Origin: an uncultured virus (IMG/VR IMGVR_UViG_3300036399_001267)
Lineage: Duplodnaviria; Heunggongvirae; Uroviricota; Caudoviricetes
IMG/VR virus record: IMGVR_UViG_3300036399_001267
DNA: 64,000 bases
Reading direction: 5' to 3' (one strand)
Shown here: one piece after another, positions 36,286-47,555 of the stretch
How the letters are laid out: each line of letters starts with the position of its first letter
Numbering within the stretch: the first letter of the stretch is position 1
Notes under the pieces: generated by a model
What the model saw: the letters and a program-made list of their open reading frames with translations, nothing else
The model's database searches: none
What the model was told of the DNA's origin: nothing
Position numbers and translations under genes: made by a program

Positions 36286-38940
36286 ATGAATTTGGAAAAT
36301 ATATATAATCAAAATTATGGTAGTGTAGTAACTACTAATGGCGATCTTGTTGCTATTGGAAATCCGCCATCAGATGTATTTACTACATGTGAGGGGTTTA
36401 GTAAAGTAGGTCAGGTTTATTTGATAAAAAAGGATAGTTTTAAAACAAACTATTCTGTATCTAAAATATTAAAGAAAACGATTTTTCCACAAAACGGCGC
36501 ATTGGTTCCATATTACACGGAACAAAGTTCTAGTGCTGCATTAACAGCTTCTCTGATAATTGAAAGTGGTTCTAAAAATGATTCTTTATCAAATTGTGAT
36601 TTTATCGTTGTAGAAACTGATAACTTAAAAGTAAACCAATCCAATTATGGATCGGCTATCGATTTATCCACATATTTCTTGGCAGTAGGAGATACAGGAG
36701 TATCATCTAGTTATTATCTTGGACACACAAATAACTTTGCATGTGTAGATATATTTAAGATTAATCCAAACTATACTTTTGATAATACAGATGGAATTAC
36801 TCCTTCTTCCCCGGAAAATTCTATACCAGTTGATCAATATAATATAAGTGATATTCCATTTTGTACTATTACAGGATCTATGTCCGATAAATTCGGAGGA
36901 TCTGTATCCATTACCAACAACTATTTAGTGGTTGGATCGCCAGAATACAATAATGGTCGGGGAGCTGTTTATATATACAAATATACAGATGCTGATTGTA
37001 CTTATTCTCTTCAACAAATATTAAGTTGTAGTGTTACTAACTATCCACATCAATATGGTTTTGGTTATTCTATCTCTATAGATAAAAAAACTGAGAGTAT
37101 ATTAGTGGTTGGAAGTAATCAATTATCACAATCTAATGTTTATTTATTTTCTGGATCCGCAAATAATTGGAGATTAAGTCAAGTATTATCTCAAAATACA
37201 AGTTCACAATATTACACGATTCAAAATACGAACTTTGAATTAATTCCTAGTGGAAGTCAAATTAATAGTAGATATGGATATTCTGTATCATTATATGATA
37301 CAGTTCTAGCTGTAGGTGCTCCCAACGATTTAGTTTATTGGGAATACTCTGGTTCAAATGTTTTGAGACAGCGTGGATCTGTTTACGTATATAATAATCA
37401 ACAATGTCCAGCTGACATTAATTGTGGATTCCAACTTATAACAAAATTATATGGCGATGATGTAACGTTTAAAGATAATTTGTTTGGATATTCAGTGTCT
37501 GTTTTTAATAAAAAAATATTGATAGGTTCACCAAAACCATATTTTCCATTTAGTTCATTATTTATTTCAAATTCTATAAACTATTACGATAAAACGTTTA
37601 ATCAATATGACTTTGGAGAATCTACATATTGCGGACAAACGCTTCTTTATCAAGTTACAGAGTCACTTGTAAATGGAAAAATATTTAGTTCATCGTTGAT
37701 TTATCAGATGACAACCGATCCTATATCAAAACGAAAAGAAATAGGAAAGCCATTTACAGCTTACGGTTATTCAGTATCACTATCAGATACAAATTTAGTA
37801 GTAGGTGCTCCTATTCCACTAAATAACGACTTTTATTTATCTGCTCCATTAATAACTGAGTCCGGTAGCATTAATGATTTAAATTATATTTATACATCTT
37901 CATATCAAAGTGAAGATTGTTTTATTACTTCTAGTTTTGTTTATTTACAGATGGAAGATTGTCTAAGTTGTAACGGATCGGTACCTATTTCAGGCGCATT
38001 TTTAGGCGCATGTGATAATCTGATAATATTTGTAGACGAACAAGGGGAATATTCCTATGCATCTAGTAAGATATTCGGAAAATCATACATTTATGATATA
38101 TCCGATTTACAAACCAATTTTAACGTTGGAAATGTATTTTATAACAATAATAAGTTGATAATAAATAATACAGGAAGTGTATTAAAAAACTTAACGCTTG
38201 ATCCTACCGATCCAAATAATACATATTTGTATATGAAATACAATAGTCAGATAACATTGCATGAAAAGCAATATATCTGCACTGTGGAACCAGGCGAGTT
38301 TAATGTTTCAACCAATCCAACTGCAATAACATCTTCTTTATTTGACTATGGAGTGATTAATACTGAGACATTTAATTTTGATAACTTGGATATAATTTTG
38401 AGATATATCAATACCAGAATTACTGTTAATAACTCGGAAAAATGGTGGAATAATTTTGTGTCAGGAGACATTGAAGAATCTATTTTCAATTTTTACTCAT
38501 CTTCTTACACGAATTATCAAGCAAATAGATTAACAAACGAATTGAAATCAAAGTGTAGTACTTTAAACTTCGATGTCAACGGAGATGGTACAGCTAATTA
38601 CCAAGATGCAACAACTATTTGGAAGTATTTTATTCAAGATTTTACAATAAACAATTATCAGAATTATTTGAACCCACGTTCTAGACGCAATAATTACGAT
38701 GATATGGTTTCTTTTTTAAATGATAAAACAGGAAAATCAAACGAAAAATTAGTAAAACAAGAGTTCTTTGGATACAACTATAGTAGTTCATTGGATCCAA
38801 CTGGATCTTATTTGGCGCCATATATAACAACTGTTGGATTATATAGTGGCGCAGAATTGGTTGCTATAGCTAAATTAGCTCAACCAATTAAAAATACGGG
38901 AGAAATTCCTATTAATATTGTTGTTAAATGGGACACTTAA
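36286..38940 (+). CDS. FG-GAP repeat (beta-propeller) virion protein with EF-hand/dockerin-like loop
   Basis: Repeated FGYSVS...VGAP...GxVY motifs, DVNGDGTANYQD, and a C-terminus paralogous to the 34386 gene. Confidence 0.8.
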   Translation: MNLENIYNQNYGSVVTTNGDLVAIGNPPSDVFTTCEGFSKVGQVYLIKKDSFKTNYSVSKILKKTIFPQNGALVPYYTEQSSSAALTASLIIESGSKNDSLSNCDFIVVETDNLKVNQSNYGSAIDLSTYFLAVGDTGVSSSYYLGHTNNFACVDIFKINPNYTFDNTDGITPSSPENSIPVDQYNISDIPFCTITGSMSDKFGGSVSITNNYLVVGSPEYNNGRGAVYIYKYTDADCTYSLQQILSCSVTNYPHQYGFGYSISIDKKTESILVVGSNQLSQSNVYLFSGSANNWRLSQVLSQNTSSQYYTIQNTNFELIPSGSQINSRYGYSVSLYDTVLAVGAPNDLVYWEYSGSNVLRQRGSVYVYNNQQCPADINCGFQLITKLYGDDVTFKDNLFGYSVSVFNKKILIGSPKPYFPFSSLFISNSINYYDKTFNQYDFGESTYCGQTLLYQVTESLVNGKIFSSSLIYQMTTDPISKRKEIGKPFTAYGYSVSLSDTNLVVGAPIPLNNDFYLSAPLITESGSINDLNYIYTSSYQSEDCFITSSFVYLQMEDCLSCNGSVPISGAFLGACDNLIIFVDEQGEYSYASSKIFGKSYIYDISDLQTNFNVGNVFYNNNKLIINNTGSVLKNLTLDPTDPNNTYLYMKYNSQITLHEKQYICTVEPGEFNVSTNPTAITSSLFDYGVINTETFNFDNLDIILRYINTRITVNNSEKWWNNFVSGDIEESIFNFYSSSYTNYQANRLTNELKSKCSTLNFDVNGDGTANYQDATTIWKYFIQDFTINNYQNYLNPRSRRNNYDDMVSFLNDKTGKSNEKLVKQEFFGYNYSSSLDPTGSYLAPYITTVGLYSGAELVAIAKLAQPIKNTGEIPINIVVKWDT

Positions 38941-38966
38941 TTATATTTATTATAAAATAGACATTT

Positions 38967-39461
38967 ATGGCAACCATTAATTCCGATACTTCTAAGATAA
39001 ATCGAACATCCGTATTCAAAGGAATTTTAGATCTTTATTATTCCAAAGCTCCAGCAGGAGGAGCATTTTCCGCATATGATTCTGGAAAGAATACTATGAT
39101 CAAAGGTGTAACCGCTCCATATGGATTTACACAAAAATCAGTGGAATATACAGTTGAACCAGGATTTACGGTAGGTGCAAATAATGGTAAAGAAAATTTC
39201 AATGGTAAGGCTCTAAATTATAGTGATAAAACTGCCAATGGTCCTGTTCTAAAAACCGGAGTAAATAAAATTTCTACAAATTGGAATGGAAATGCTTCAT
39301 TGCAAGATGCTCTATATACTAAGGATCCTGGTTTTAGACTACAAACTTCACTTGGAGCTAGTCAGTTTAAAGACGTAGCTGGACAAAGAAGTTTAGAATT
39401 ATCCAGATACGTTAAAGGATTTAATGACAAAAAATATACCAACGGATCATTTACCCGTTGA
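38967..39461 (+). CDS. Hypothetical protein
   Basis: 164 aa ORF preceded by TATTTAT. Confidence 0.7.
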   Translation: MATINSDTSKINRTSVFKGILDLYYSKAPAGGAFSAYDSGKNTMIKGVTAPYGFTQKSVEYTVEPGFTVGANNGKENFNGKALNYSDKTANGPVLKTGVNKISTNWNGNASLQDALYTKDPGFRLQTSLGASQFKDVAGQRSLELSRYVKGFNDKKYTNGSFTR

Positions 39462-39473
39462 TATATATTTTAA

Positions 39474-39983
39474 ATGGTTATATTAGGATTAGATTCATCA
39501 ACATCTACAACTGGTTGGTCTTTCTGTGAAAATGGAAAGATTCTTTCTGCTGGTTTCGTAGATACAAAAAAATTAGAAACTACAAAAGAAAAAACTTTTC
39601 ATGTTATTTCGTATCTCGAAAAGACAAAAGAGATTGAAAGATTTGATGAAATTAATCTTGAAGCTGCATTGAGTGGATTTGCGGGAGGATTTACTAGTCA
39701 ACAAGTTATTATTACATTAGCCAGACATAATGCTGTTTTTGCATATATTATAGAAGAACATTTTAAAAAGAAAGTTAATTTGTTATCGGTTAATACGATG
39801 AGAAAACAACTGTTTGGTAAATGTAGAATCAAAGGAATCAAGTCAAAAGATTTTGTCAAACAAGAACTTGAATCGTTAATCCCAGATGTATTGAATTTTA
39901 CTGCTAAAAATAAAAAAGGTAATTGGGATGAACGTAATGGCGATATGTATGACGCTATAGTTGCAGGTTTGTATAAGAATTAA
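39474..39983 (+). CDS. RuvC-like Holliday junction resolvase
   Basis: ILGLDSSTSTTGW, NLEA and DMYDAI acidic RNase H-fold motifs. Confidence 0.8.
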   Translation: MVILGLDSSTSTTGWSFCENGKILSAGFVDTKKLETTKEKTFHVISYLEKTKEIERFDEINLEAALSGFAGGFTSQQVIITLARHNAVFAYIIEEHFKKKVNLLSVNTMRKQLFGKCRIKGIKSKDFVKQELESLIPDVLNFTAKNKKGNWDERNGDMYDAIVAGLYKN

Positions 39984-40025
39984 AAGACTTGATTTTATTT
40001 AAATCATCTGTTATTCTAAGATGAA

Positions 40026-40940
40026 ATGATTAATAGTTCGGTTATAGAAACACTATCAAAGTTGTTTAAGCAAAAACCACATATTCAAAAAGGTGGAGCT
40101 GAAATACTTGTGTTTTGTACAAACTGCAATCATCACAAACGTAAACTGAACATTAATACTACAACTGGATATTACCAGTGTTGGGTATGTGGATTTAGCG
40201 GCAAGAGTTTTACATCTCTTCTTAAGAAACTAAAAGCGTCTTCTGAATATTATCAGATTTTATGTAAGAATAAAATCAGAGTAAGTTATGTACCCGAAGA
40301 GAAAAAGACACTAACTTTACCAATTGAATTTAAACCATTATACAAATCAAATGGTGATTTGATATATAAACACGCACTTAATTATTGTTTTAAACGAAAT
40401 TTAAGTATACACGAAATTGTACGTTACAATATAGGATATTGTGCGTCCGGTCAATTTGCTAATAGAGTAATAGTGCCGTCATATGATAAAGATGGAAATT
40501 TAAATTTTTATTGTGGTAGAGATTTTTATAACAGTAAACTCAAATACAGATTATGTGATGGTAGTAAAGACATTATCGGATTTGAACTGTTTACCGATTT
40601 TACTAAACCCATTACAATCGTTGAAGGACCATTTGATGCACTTTCTGTAAAGTATAATGTTGTGCCTTTATTTGGGAAAACTATGTCTCGGAAGTTAAAA
40701 ATGAAACTAATGGAATATAGACCGCCATATGTAAATGTTTTGTTGGATAATGATGCTTTGGGATCTAGTTTGAAAATATGTGAATTTTTAATTTCTAATG
40801 ATATTGAAGCTCGTCTAATTTTACTGGACGGAAAAGATCCGAATGAAATAGGACATATAAAAACTTGGCAAACCATCAGCAGCAGTGTTATAATGGATGA
40901 AAGTCTACTATACAGATATAAATTAACAAATAAACTATGA
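40026..40940 (+). CDS. DnaG-type DNA primase
   Basis: Zn finger CTNC...CWVC and TOPRIM motifs VEGPFDA and LDND. Confidence 0.9.
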   Translation: MINSSVIETLSKLFKQKPHIQKGGAEILVFCTNCNHHKRKLNINTTTGYYQCWVCGFSGKSFTSLLKKLKASSEYYQILCKNKIRVSYVPEEKKTLTLPIEFKPLYKSNGDLIYKHALNYCFKRNLSIHEIVRYNIGYCASGQFANRVIVPSYDKDGNLNFYCGRDFYNSKLKYRLCDGSKDIIGFELFTDFTKPITIVEGPFDALSVKYNVVPLFGKTMSRKLKMKLMEYRPPYVNVLLDNDALGSSLKICEFLISNDIEARLILLDGKDPNEIGHIKTWQTISSSVIMDESLLYRYKLTNKL

Positions 40941-43900
40941 TCGTATTAAAAAATACCGACGACAAAATCAATTGTGTGATGCATATTGCAGATATTCACA
41001 TTCGTTTGACAAAACGACACGATGAGTATACATCTGTATTTGAAAGATTTTATAACGCATTAGACAAAGCTAAGACTTTAAATGCAATCTTAGTTATTGC
41101 TGGCGATGTTTTTCATAATAAATCGGATTTGAGTCCTGAATGCGTTAAGATCGGAAGCGATTTTCTAAAAAGTTGTGCGGATCGTGTACCCGTAATTTTA
41201 ACAGCCGGCAATCATGACGCTACACTGGCTAACAAGTCAAGATTGGATTGTTTAACTCCAATTGTACAGGCAGTAAACCATCCAAATCTTTATTATCTAA
41301 AAGATACCGAAGTATATCGTTATCAAAACATCTTGTTTAATAATTTCAGTGTATTTGATGATCCCGATAAGTATATTAGATATACAGATATTCCATCTAA
41401 ACATCGTGTAGAAACAGATCATCACATTGCATTATTTCATGGTCCGGTAAACAATGCAATTACTGATGTTGGATATACTGTTAGTAATCGTGCTATTACA
41501 AATGAACTATTTGATGGACATCATATCGCAATGTTAGGAGATATTCACAAACATCAAATTCTACAAGAATACGATGAAAATGAAAGTAAGCCTATAATTG
41601 TATATGCTGGTTCTATGATCCAACAAAATCACGGAGAAGAACTAAAAGGACACGGATTTTTGATGTGGGATCTAAAAAGAAAAGTCTATAAACACTATGA
41701 GCTAAAGAACGATTATGGCTTTTATACAATTGAAATCAATAAAGGTATTTTGTTCACTGATATTAGCGACATTCCAAAGAAAGCTCGCATCCGTACAAAA
41801 TGTTTTGAGTCTATACCATCGCACGTTAAGGAGGTAATGAATTCTATCAGGGACAAATGTGAAATCCTTGAGTCTACCTTCATTAGAGTAGATGATGCAA
41901 CGACTGATTTAACTTTAAAATCTGGCCAGATATTTGATATTCATAATATTTTTGATGTAGACTATCAAAATAAATTAATTGAAGAAAATCTTCTCTCTAA
42001 GAGTATTTCCACTGATTTGATTTACAAAGTTAAAGAGTTGAATAAAACTATTAATTTAGAAATACCAAAAGATAAAGCTCCAAAGAATATTCGTTGGAAG
42101 CCAAAGACTTTTGAGTTTGATAATATGTTTAGTTATGGTGAAGGAAACGTAATTGACTTTACCAAATTAAAAGGTACAATTGGATTATTTGCACCTAATG
42201 CTAGCGGTAAGTCTAGTATTATGGACGCATTGGCATTTTGTGTATTTGATAAGTTTAGCAAAGGATATAAAGCCGTTCACGTATTAAATACTCAGAAAAT
42301 GAGTTTTCGTTGTAAGTTCAACTTTGAAGTAAACGGCGTAGATTATTTCATTGAACGAGATGGTAAGGCTGATAAAAAAGGAAACGTTAAAGTTGAGGTT
42401 AAGTTTTACAAGATTGAAAATGGAAATGAGGTTCCATTAAATGGAGAAGCTCGTCGTAGTACCAATGACATTATCAGAGATTATGTAGGTACTTATGAAG
42501 ATTTTATTCTTACGGTATTAAGTATTCAAAATAGTAAGGCTGGATCATTTATTGATTTGGGTCAAACAGAACGTAAAGACTTATTGTGTCAATTCATGGG
42601 TTTAACTGTATTTGATCAGTTATATACTATTGCGAATGATAAGTTTAAGGAAACAAATATTTTACTTAAAAATCTTAGCAAAGATAACTTGATTGAAGAT
42701 TTGCAAAATGTATCGGGTAGCATTGATCTAAATAATAAAAATATATCGCAGTATAATTGTGATATCAAAGATCTAGAGATCAAGAAAGAAGATCAAAACA
42801 ATAAGCTTTTGGAGTTGTCTAACAATATAATTAAAACAGCTAATTTTGATTTTGATATTACCGAATTAGAATCCGAAAAGACACAATTAGAATCAAAGAT
42901 CGGTACGTTTGAAACTGATATAAATGAAAAGAAAACTAAGTTTCTATTAATCGAAACCCAACTTTCAAATTTATCCTCTTCATTAAAGAGTTGTGAAAAT
43001 ATAGAAAATGATTATGATCATTATAAAATCTGCAAAGAAGACGAATCTAAAAAGTCTTCTGAAATAGAGAAATTGAAAGTTGTAGTCAAGAACAAGATTG
43101 ATAAGTTGAAAAAGTTAGAGGAACATAAGTATGATCCTAATTGCACGTACTGCGTAAATAACGTATTCGTAAAAGATGCTATTAAAACTAAGGAAGAACT
43201 TGAGCTTGATAAAAACAAAGGCAAAATCTTAGTAGAAGAATTTAATGTCATCAAATCTAAGTTGGATTCATTTGGAGATATTGAATCTCGTTATAAGGAA
43301 TGTCAACGTATAGATGCTGAAAAAGTTAAATTAGAAAAGACCAAAGAAGTTTTATCTACGTCAATATTGCGTGATGAAAACTTCAAGATCCGATTGCAAA
43401 ATGATTTGAACGGGGTAATTCAAAATATTGATACTTTTTATAAGAACAAAGATATTATTGAAAACAATTCTAAACTACTTGTTAGTGTTAATGAAGTAAA
43501 AACTATTGTTAAAAATATTGAATCGGAGATTAAATCAGTAAATAATAGATTGTTTACCTCTTCTACTGAAAAAGGCAAGTTAGAATTACAATATAAAAAT
43601 ACTACGGAACAACTAAATAAAGTTAAGGAACTTGAATCATCATATGAGGCTTATAAGCTTTATACTAATATTATTAGTCGAGATGGAATTCCATATGAAA
43701 TCATCACTAAAACATTGCCTGAAATAGAAAAAGAAGTTAATAACATTCTACAACAAATTGTTGAATTCTCTATCACTCTTCAGACAGACGGAAAGAATAT
43801 TATGACCAATATAGTTTATGATGATAAACGTTGGCCACTAGAAATGGCTAGTGGCATGGAGAAGTTTGTCAGTGGTTTGGCTATTAGAGTAGCTTTAATC

Positions 43901-44122
43901 AATATTAGCAATCTACCAAGACCAAATATTATTTGTATTGATGAAGGATTTGGCTGTGCTGATAGTGATCATTTGGGTCAGATGGGAGCTTTGTTTAGTT
44001 ATTTGAAACATCAATTTGATTTTATTTGGATAATTAGTCACTTGGATCAGATGCGTGACATGGTAGATGAACAAATTGAAATAAAAAAAGAGAATGGGTT
44101 TAGCAAAGTGTTATATAAATAA
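40937..44122 (+). CDS. Fused SbcD/Mre11 nuclease and SbcC/Rad50 ATPase (T4 gp47-gp46-like)
   Basis: Phosphoesterase motifs DIH, GDVFH, GNHD, GDIH; Walker A PNASGKS; hook CTYC; Walker B IDEG; H-loop IISH. Confidence 0.92.
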   Translation: MIVLKNTDDKINCVMHIADIHIRLTKRHDEYTSVFERFYNALDKAKTLNAILVIAGDVFHNKSDLSPECVKIGSDFLKSCADRVPVILTAGNHDATLANKSRLDCLTPIVQAVNHPNLYYLKDTEVYRYQNILFNNFSVFDDPDKYIRYTDIPSKHRVETDHHIALFHGPVNNAITDVGYTVSNRAITNELFDGHHIAMLGDIHKHQILQEYDENESKPIIVYAGSMIQQNHGEELKGHGFLMWDLKRKVYKHYELKNDYGFYTIEINKGILFTDISDIPKKARIRTKCFESIPSHVKEVMNSIRDKCEILESTFIRVDDATTDLTLKSGQIFDIHNIFDVDYQNKLIEENLLSKSISTDLIYKVKELNKTINLEIPKDKAPKNIRWKPKTFEFDNMFSYGEGNVIDFTKLKGTIGLFAPNASGKSSIMDALAFCVFDKFSKGYKAVHVLNTQKMSFRCKFNFEVNGVDYFIERDGKADKKGNVKVEVKFYKIENGNEVPLNGEARRSTNDIIRDYVGTYEDFILTVLSIQNSKAGSFIDLGQTERKDLLCQFMGLTVFDQLYTIANDKFKETNILLKNLSKDNLIEDLQNVSGSIDLNNKNISQYNCDIKDLEIKKEDQNNKLLELSNNIIKTANFDFDITELESEKTQLESKIGTFETDINEKKTKFLLIETQLSNLSSSLKSCENIENDYDHYKICKEDESKKSSEIEKLKVVVKNKIDKLKKLEEHKYDPNCTYCVNNVFVKDAIKTKEELELDKNKGKILVEEFNVIKSKLDSFGDIESRYKECQRIDAEKVKLEKTKEVLSTSILRDENFKIRLQNDLNGVIQNIDTFYKNKDIIENNSKLLVSVNEVKTIVKNIESEIKSVNNRLFTSSTEKGKLELQYKNTTEQLNKVKELESSYEAYKLYTNIISRDGIPYEIITKTLPEIEKEVNNILQQIVEFSITLQTDGKNIMTNIVYDDKRWPLEMASGMEKFVSGLAIRVALINISNLPRPNIICIDEGFGCADSDHLGQMGALFSYLKHQFDFIWIISHLDQMRDMVDEQIEIKKENGFSKVLYK

Positions 44123-44124
44123 AA

Positions 44125-45048
44125 ATGATAGATTTAGATATTACATATAATTGTACAGAAAATGTTATTACTGTAAAAAATAACGCAACCAGTTTTACAG
44201 GAGTATTATGGTTTTCAATTACAGACTGTGAAACAAATCTTAATGTAACATGTTGGTGGATGAATACTGCTCCATATGAATTCCAAACTTGGAATTTGCC
44301 TTTAAATTATTATGAAGTTGTAAAAGAATTTGATATTAATGTGATGGATGAACAGTTTAATTTACTTTTTAAAAAAAACATACAATTAAAAAAATTCACT
44401 TCCAAAATAGATTTCAAACCAAAAAATAAAATGGAAGTTACATATGGATCTTGGGAGTCGCTTGTTTATAGAAATGAGTATGACATAAAAATTAGATCAG
44501 ATGATGTTGTTTATGACTTAGGCGGAAACGTTGGCGTATTTAGTAAATGGTGTTTGAATAAAAATGTAAATTACATTTATCTTTTTGAACCTGACACTAG
44601 ATGTGTGGAAAACATGAAAGATTTGTTTGACATTGATAAAAATAGAATTGAGTTGATAAATAAAGTCATTCTTGATAAAGATGGAAAAACGAATTTTTAT
44701 TTGCATCAACATTCAATTGCAAATAGTCTATTTTTAGAATCAAATGAATTTCTAGAAATAGATTCTATTAATTTAGAAAAATATATTATTGAGAATAATT
44801 TGAAAAAACCTACATTGATTAAATGTGATATAGAAGGAGCTGAATATAAATTTATAAATAGTGTTAGCGATTCTTTTTTTAATACAGTAAGAATTTTTAT
44901 TCTGGAGTTTCATTTCTTAGACGCAAATCATAAATACGAGATGTATAAAATCTTAGAAAGATTTTTATCAATTGGGTATACTATCAGATTGAGCAATATT
45001 TCTAAATTTGAAAATAATGTTGGAACATTAATTTTTGAAAAAATGTAA
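44125..45048 (+). CDS. FkbM-family methyltransferase
   Basis: YDLGGNVGVF, FEP, IKCDIEGAE and LEFH motifs. Confidence 0.9.
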   Translation: MIDLDITYNCTENVITVKNNATSFTGVLWFSITDCETNLNVTCWWMNTAPYEFQTWNLPLNYYEVVKEFDINVMDEQFNLLFKKNIQLKKFTSKIDFKPKNKMEVTYGSWESLVYRNEYDIKIRSDDVVYDLGGNVGVFSKWCLNKNVNYIYLFEPDTRCVENMKDLFDIDKNRIELINKVILDKDGKTNFYLHQHSIANSLFLESNEFLEIDSINLEKYIIENNLKKPTLIKCDIEGAEYKFINSVSDSFFNTVRIFILEFHFLDANHKYEMYKILERFLSIGYTIRLSNISKFENNVGTLIFEKM

Positions 45049-45095
45049 TTATATAAAAAAATTACTTAATTAGCTGTGATGTACTTATAAGGTGT

Positions 45096-47555
45096 ATGAA
45101 AATATTATTTATAGCCCCACATTTGTCTACGGGCGGATGTCCCCAGTATCTTCTTAAAAAAATAATTGAACTAAATGATTCTAATGATGTCTATTGTATA
45201 GAATACAGTGACGTTACAGGAGGCGTATTAGTTGTACAACGCAATCAAATTAAAGAAATACTTGGTCAAAAATTAATCACGTTGCATAATGATAAAAAAG
45301 AATTACTAACTTATATCAATAATATAAATCCAGATGTCATTCACTTTGAAGAACTTCCGGAATATTTTTGTGATGTGGAAGTGGCTAAACTTATATATAA
45401 CGATAGTAGAAAATATAAGATAATAGAAACCTCACATGATAGTAGTTTTGATCCAAATAATAAGATGTTTATTCCTGATAGATTCGCATTTGTCAGTGAA
45501 TATCAAAAACAACTGATGTCCCCACTAGGTATTAAAGCCGATGTAGTAGAATACCCAATAGAATATAAAATTAAAACGGATAGAATTAAATCTTTAACAG
45601 AATTGGGATTAGATCCTAATAAAATACATTTTTTAAATGTTGGGTTGTTTACCTCAAGAAAAAATCAAGCAGAAATAATTCGTTACGCAAAACAATTGTT
45701 GGGTTATTCAGTTCAGTTTCATTTTGTTGGAAATCAAGCCGATAATTTTAAATATTATTGGGAGCCATTAATGAAAGATTTTCCATCTAACTGTAAGTGG
45801 TGGGGCGAACGTAGAGATGTTGATACATTCTACAATGCAATGGATGTTTTCTTATTTGCATCTAGAGGTACTGCCAATGATAAAGAAACAAGTCCATTAG
45901 TGATACGAGAGGCTATTGGATGGAATTTGCCCTTATTATTATACAATTTACCTGTATATTGTGGCATGTATGATAAATATAAGAATATAACTTGGTTAAA
46001 ACAATCCGAAGAAGATAATTTACAAATAATTAAATCGTTTTTACCATATTCGTCTTCATCTTCTTTATTTAAAATTACTACAACTGATGAAGAAAATAAA
46101 TTAACAATTAATTACGATGGAGACAAAATTTTAGAAAATGTATTAATATCCATTAAAGACATGGATTCTAAAGCGTGTATTTTCTCATCAAAATTCCAAA
46201 ATGCATATCCAAATACTAGTTGTTGGATGATGCCTTTGCCATTACATATAACCCATTTCGCAAGTGATCCTACATTTGGAGGATATTTAATTCAAATTTT
46301 TTCAAACGGTAATATTATATTTGAACAAACTATAAAGTACAGAGATATAACGATTAATAAACCAATTGTTGATTTTACAAATGAAGAACCTATTTACATG
46401 AATTATAAAGAATTCTTTGTAGAGGGAATCTATAGTGGTCTTAATATTGATAATTTAAACGTTGTTATTGATATAGGCGCTAATGTAGGTTTGTTCACTA
46501 AATACATGTTATATAAAAACGTAAAAAAGGTTTTTTGTTATGAACCAAACAAATCAGCATTTAATTGTTTATTTAAGAACTATCAAAATAATAATTCTGT
46601 ATTTTTAAATAATTTAGCGGTATCAACAAATAACGATAAACTAAGATTATATTTAGATGTTAATAACACATTAGTCAGTTCGGCCAAGAGAAATACTTCT
46701 GATTTTTATGATGTTGATTCGATTACGTTAAAACAAATTTTAACGCAAAATAATCTAGAAAAAGTAGATTTGGTTAAGATTGACATTGAAGGAATGGAAT
46801 ACGAATTGATAGAAAATTTAGAAAACGAAGTCTTTAGTAAGATATATAGTTTTATAATTGAATATCACGATGTAGAATCCATGGACAAATCTTCGGGAGT
46901 AAAAAAATTAACTAAAAAATTAAATGAAAATGGATACTCTGTTAAGTTTGGAGACAATCTTTTTAAGAATTGCAGTTATCTATACGCATATAAATGTGAT
47001 GTCACTAATTTATCAACTATCGCAGATATTTTGAAATTTAATAATTTAAATACTGATAAGTTCTGGCTTCATTCGTACTTAGACTCATACGAAAATCTAT
47101 TTTCTAAATTTAGAAATAGAGATGTTAATTTGTTGGAAATTGGAGTTCATAACGGCGACAGTATTAAGTTATGGCAAAAATATTTCAACGATAAATCAAA
47201 TATATACGGAATAGATATAACATTAAATAATCTATTGCACGATCTTGTTTCAGAAGATAATGTAACGTTAATATGTAAAAATATTAAAAACTTTAATAAA
47301 TCAATATTAAATCCAATAATGTTTGATATTATCATAGAAGATTCTACACATAATATGGAAGATCAGATCAAAGTGTTTGAAATATTTAAAGATAGACTTA
47401 AACCTGATGGCATTTTAGTAATTGAAGACATCGCACCTAATGCTTATGATTATTTTTTAAAACTTTCAGAAAAAATTCCAAATTCTAAATTAATTGATCT
47501 AAGGCACATTAAAAACAGATTCGATGACGTTTTATTTATATATGAAAACAAATAA
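45096..47555 (+). CDS. Fusion of a GT4-like glycosyltransferase, an FkbM methyltransferase and a second SAM methyltransferase
   Basis: STGGCP...RKNQ...ETSPLVIREA; IDIGANVG...KIDIEG; LLEIGV...DIIIED. Confidence 0.88.
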   Translation: MKILFIAPHLSTGGCPQYLLKKIIELNDSNDVYCIEYSDVTGGVLVVQRNQIKEILGQKLITLHNDKKELLTYINNINPDVIHFEELPEYFCDVEVAKLIYNDSRKYKIIETSHDSSFDPNNKMFIPDRFAFVSEYQKQLMSPLGIKADVVEYPIEYKIKTDRIKSLTELGLDPNKIHFLNVGLFTSRKNQAEIIRYAKQLLGYSVQFHFVGNQADNFKYYWEPLMKDFPSNCKWWGERRDVDTFYNAMDVFLFASRGTANDKETSPLVIREAIGWNLPLLLYNLPVYCGMYDKYKNITWLKQSEEDNLQIIKSFLPYSSSSSLFKITTTDEENKLTINYDGDKILENVLISIKDMDSKACIFSSKFQNAYPNTSCWMMPLPLHITHFASDPTFGGYLIQIFSNGNIIFEQTIKYRDITINKPIVDFTNEEPIYMNYKEFFVEGIYSGLNIDNLNVVIDIGANVGLFTKYMLYKNVKKVFCYEPNKSAFNCLFKNYQNNNSVFLNNLAVSTNNDKLRLYLDVNNTLVSSAKRNTSDFYDVDSITLKQILTQNNLEKVDLVKIDIEGMEYELIENLENEVFSKIYSFIIEYHDVESMDKSSGVKKLTKKLNENGYSVKFGDNLFKNCSYLYAYKCDVTNLSTIADILKFNNLNTDKFWLHSYLDSYENLFSKFRNRDVNLLEIGVHNGDSIKLWQKYFNDKSNIYGIDITLNNLLHDLVSEDNVTLICKNIKNFNKSILNPIMFDIIIEDSTHNMEDQIKVFEIFKDRLKPDGILVIEDIAPNAYDYFLKLSEKIPNSKLIDLRHIKNRFDDVLFIYENK

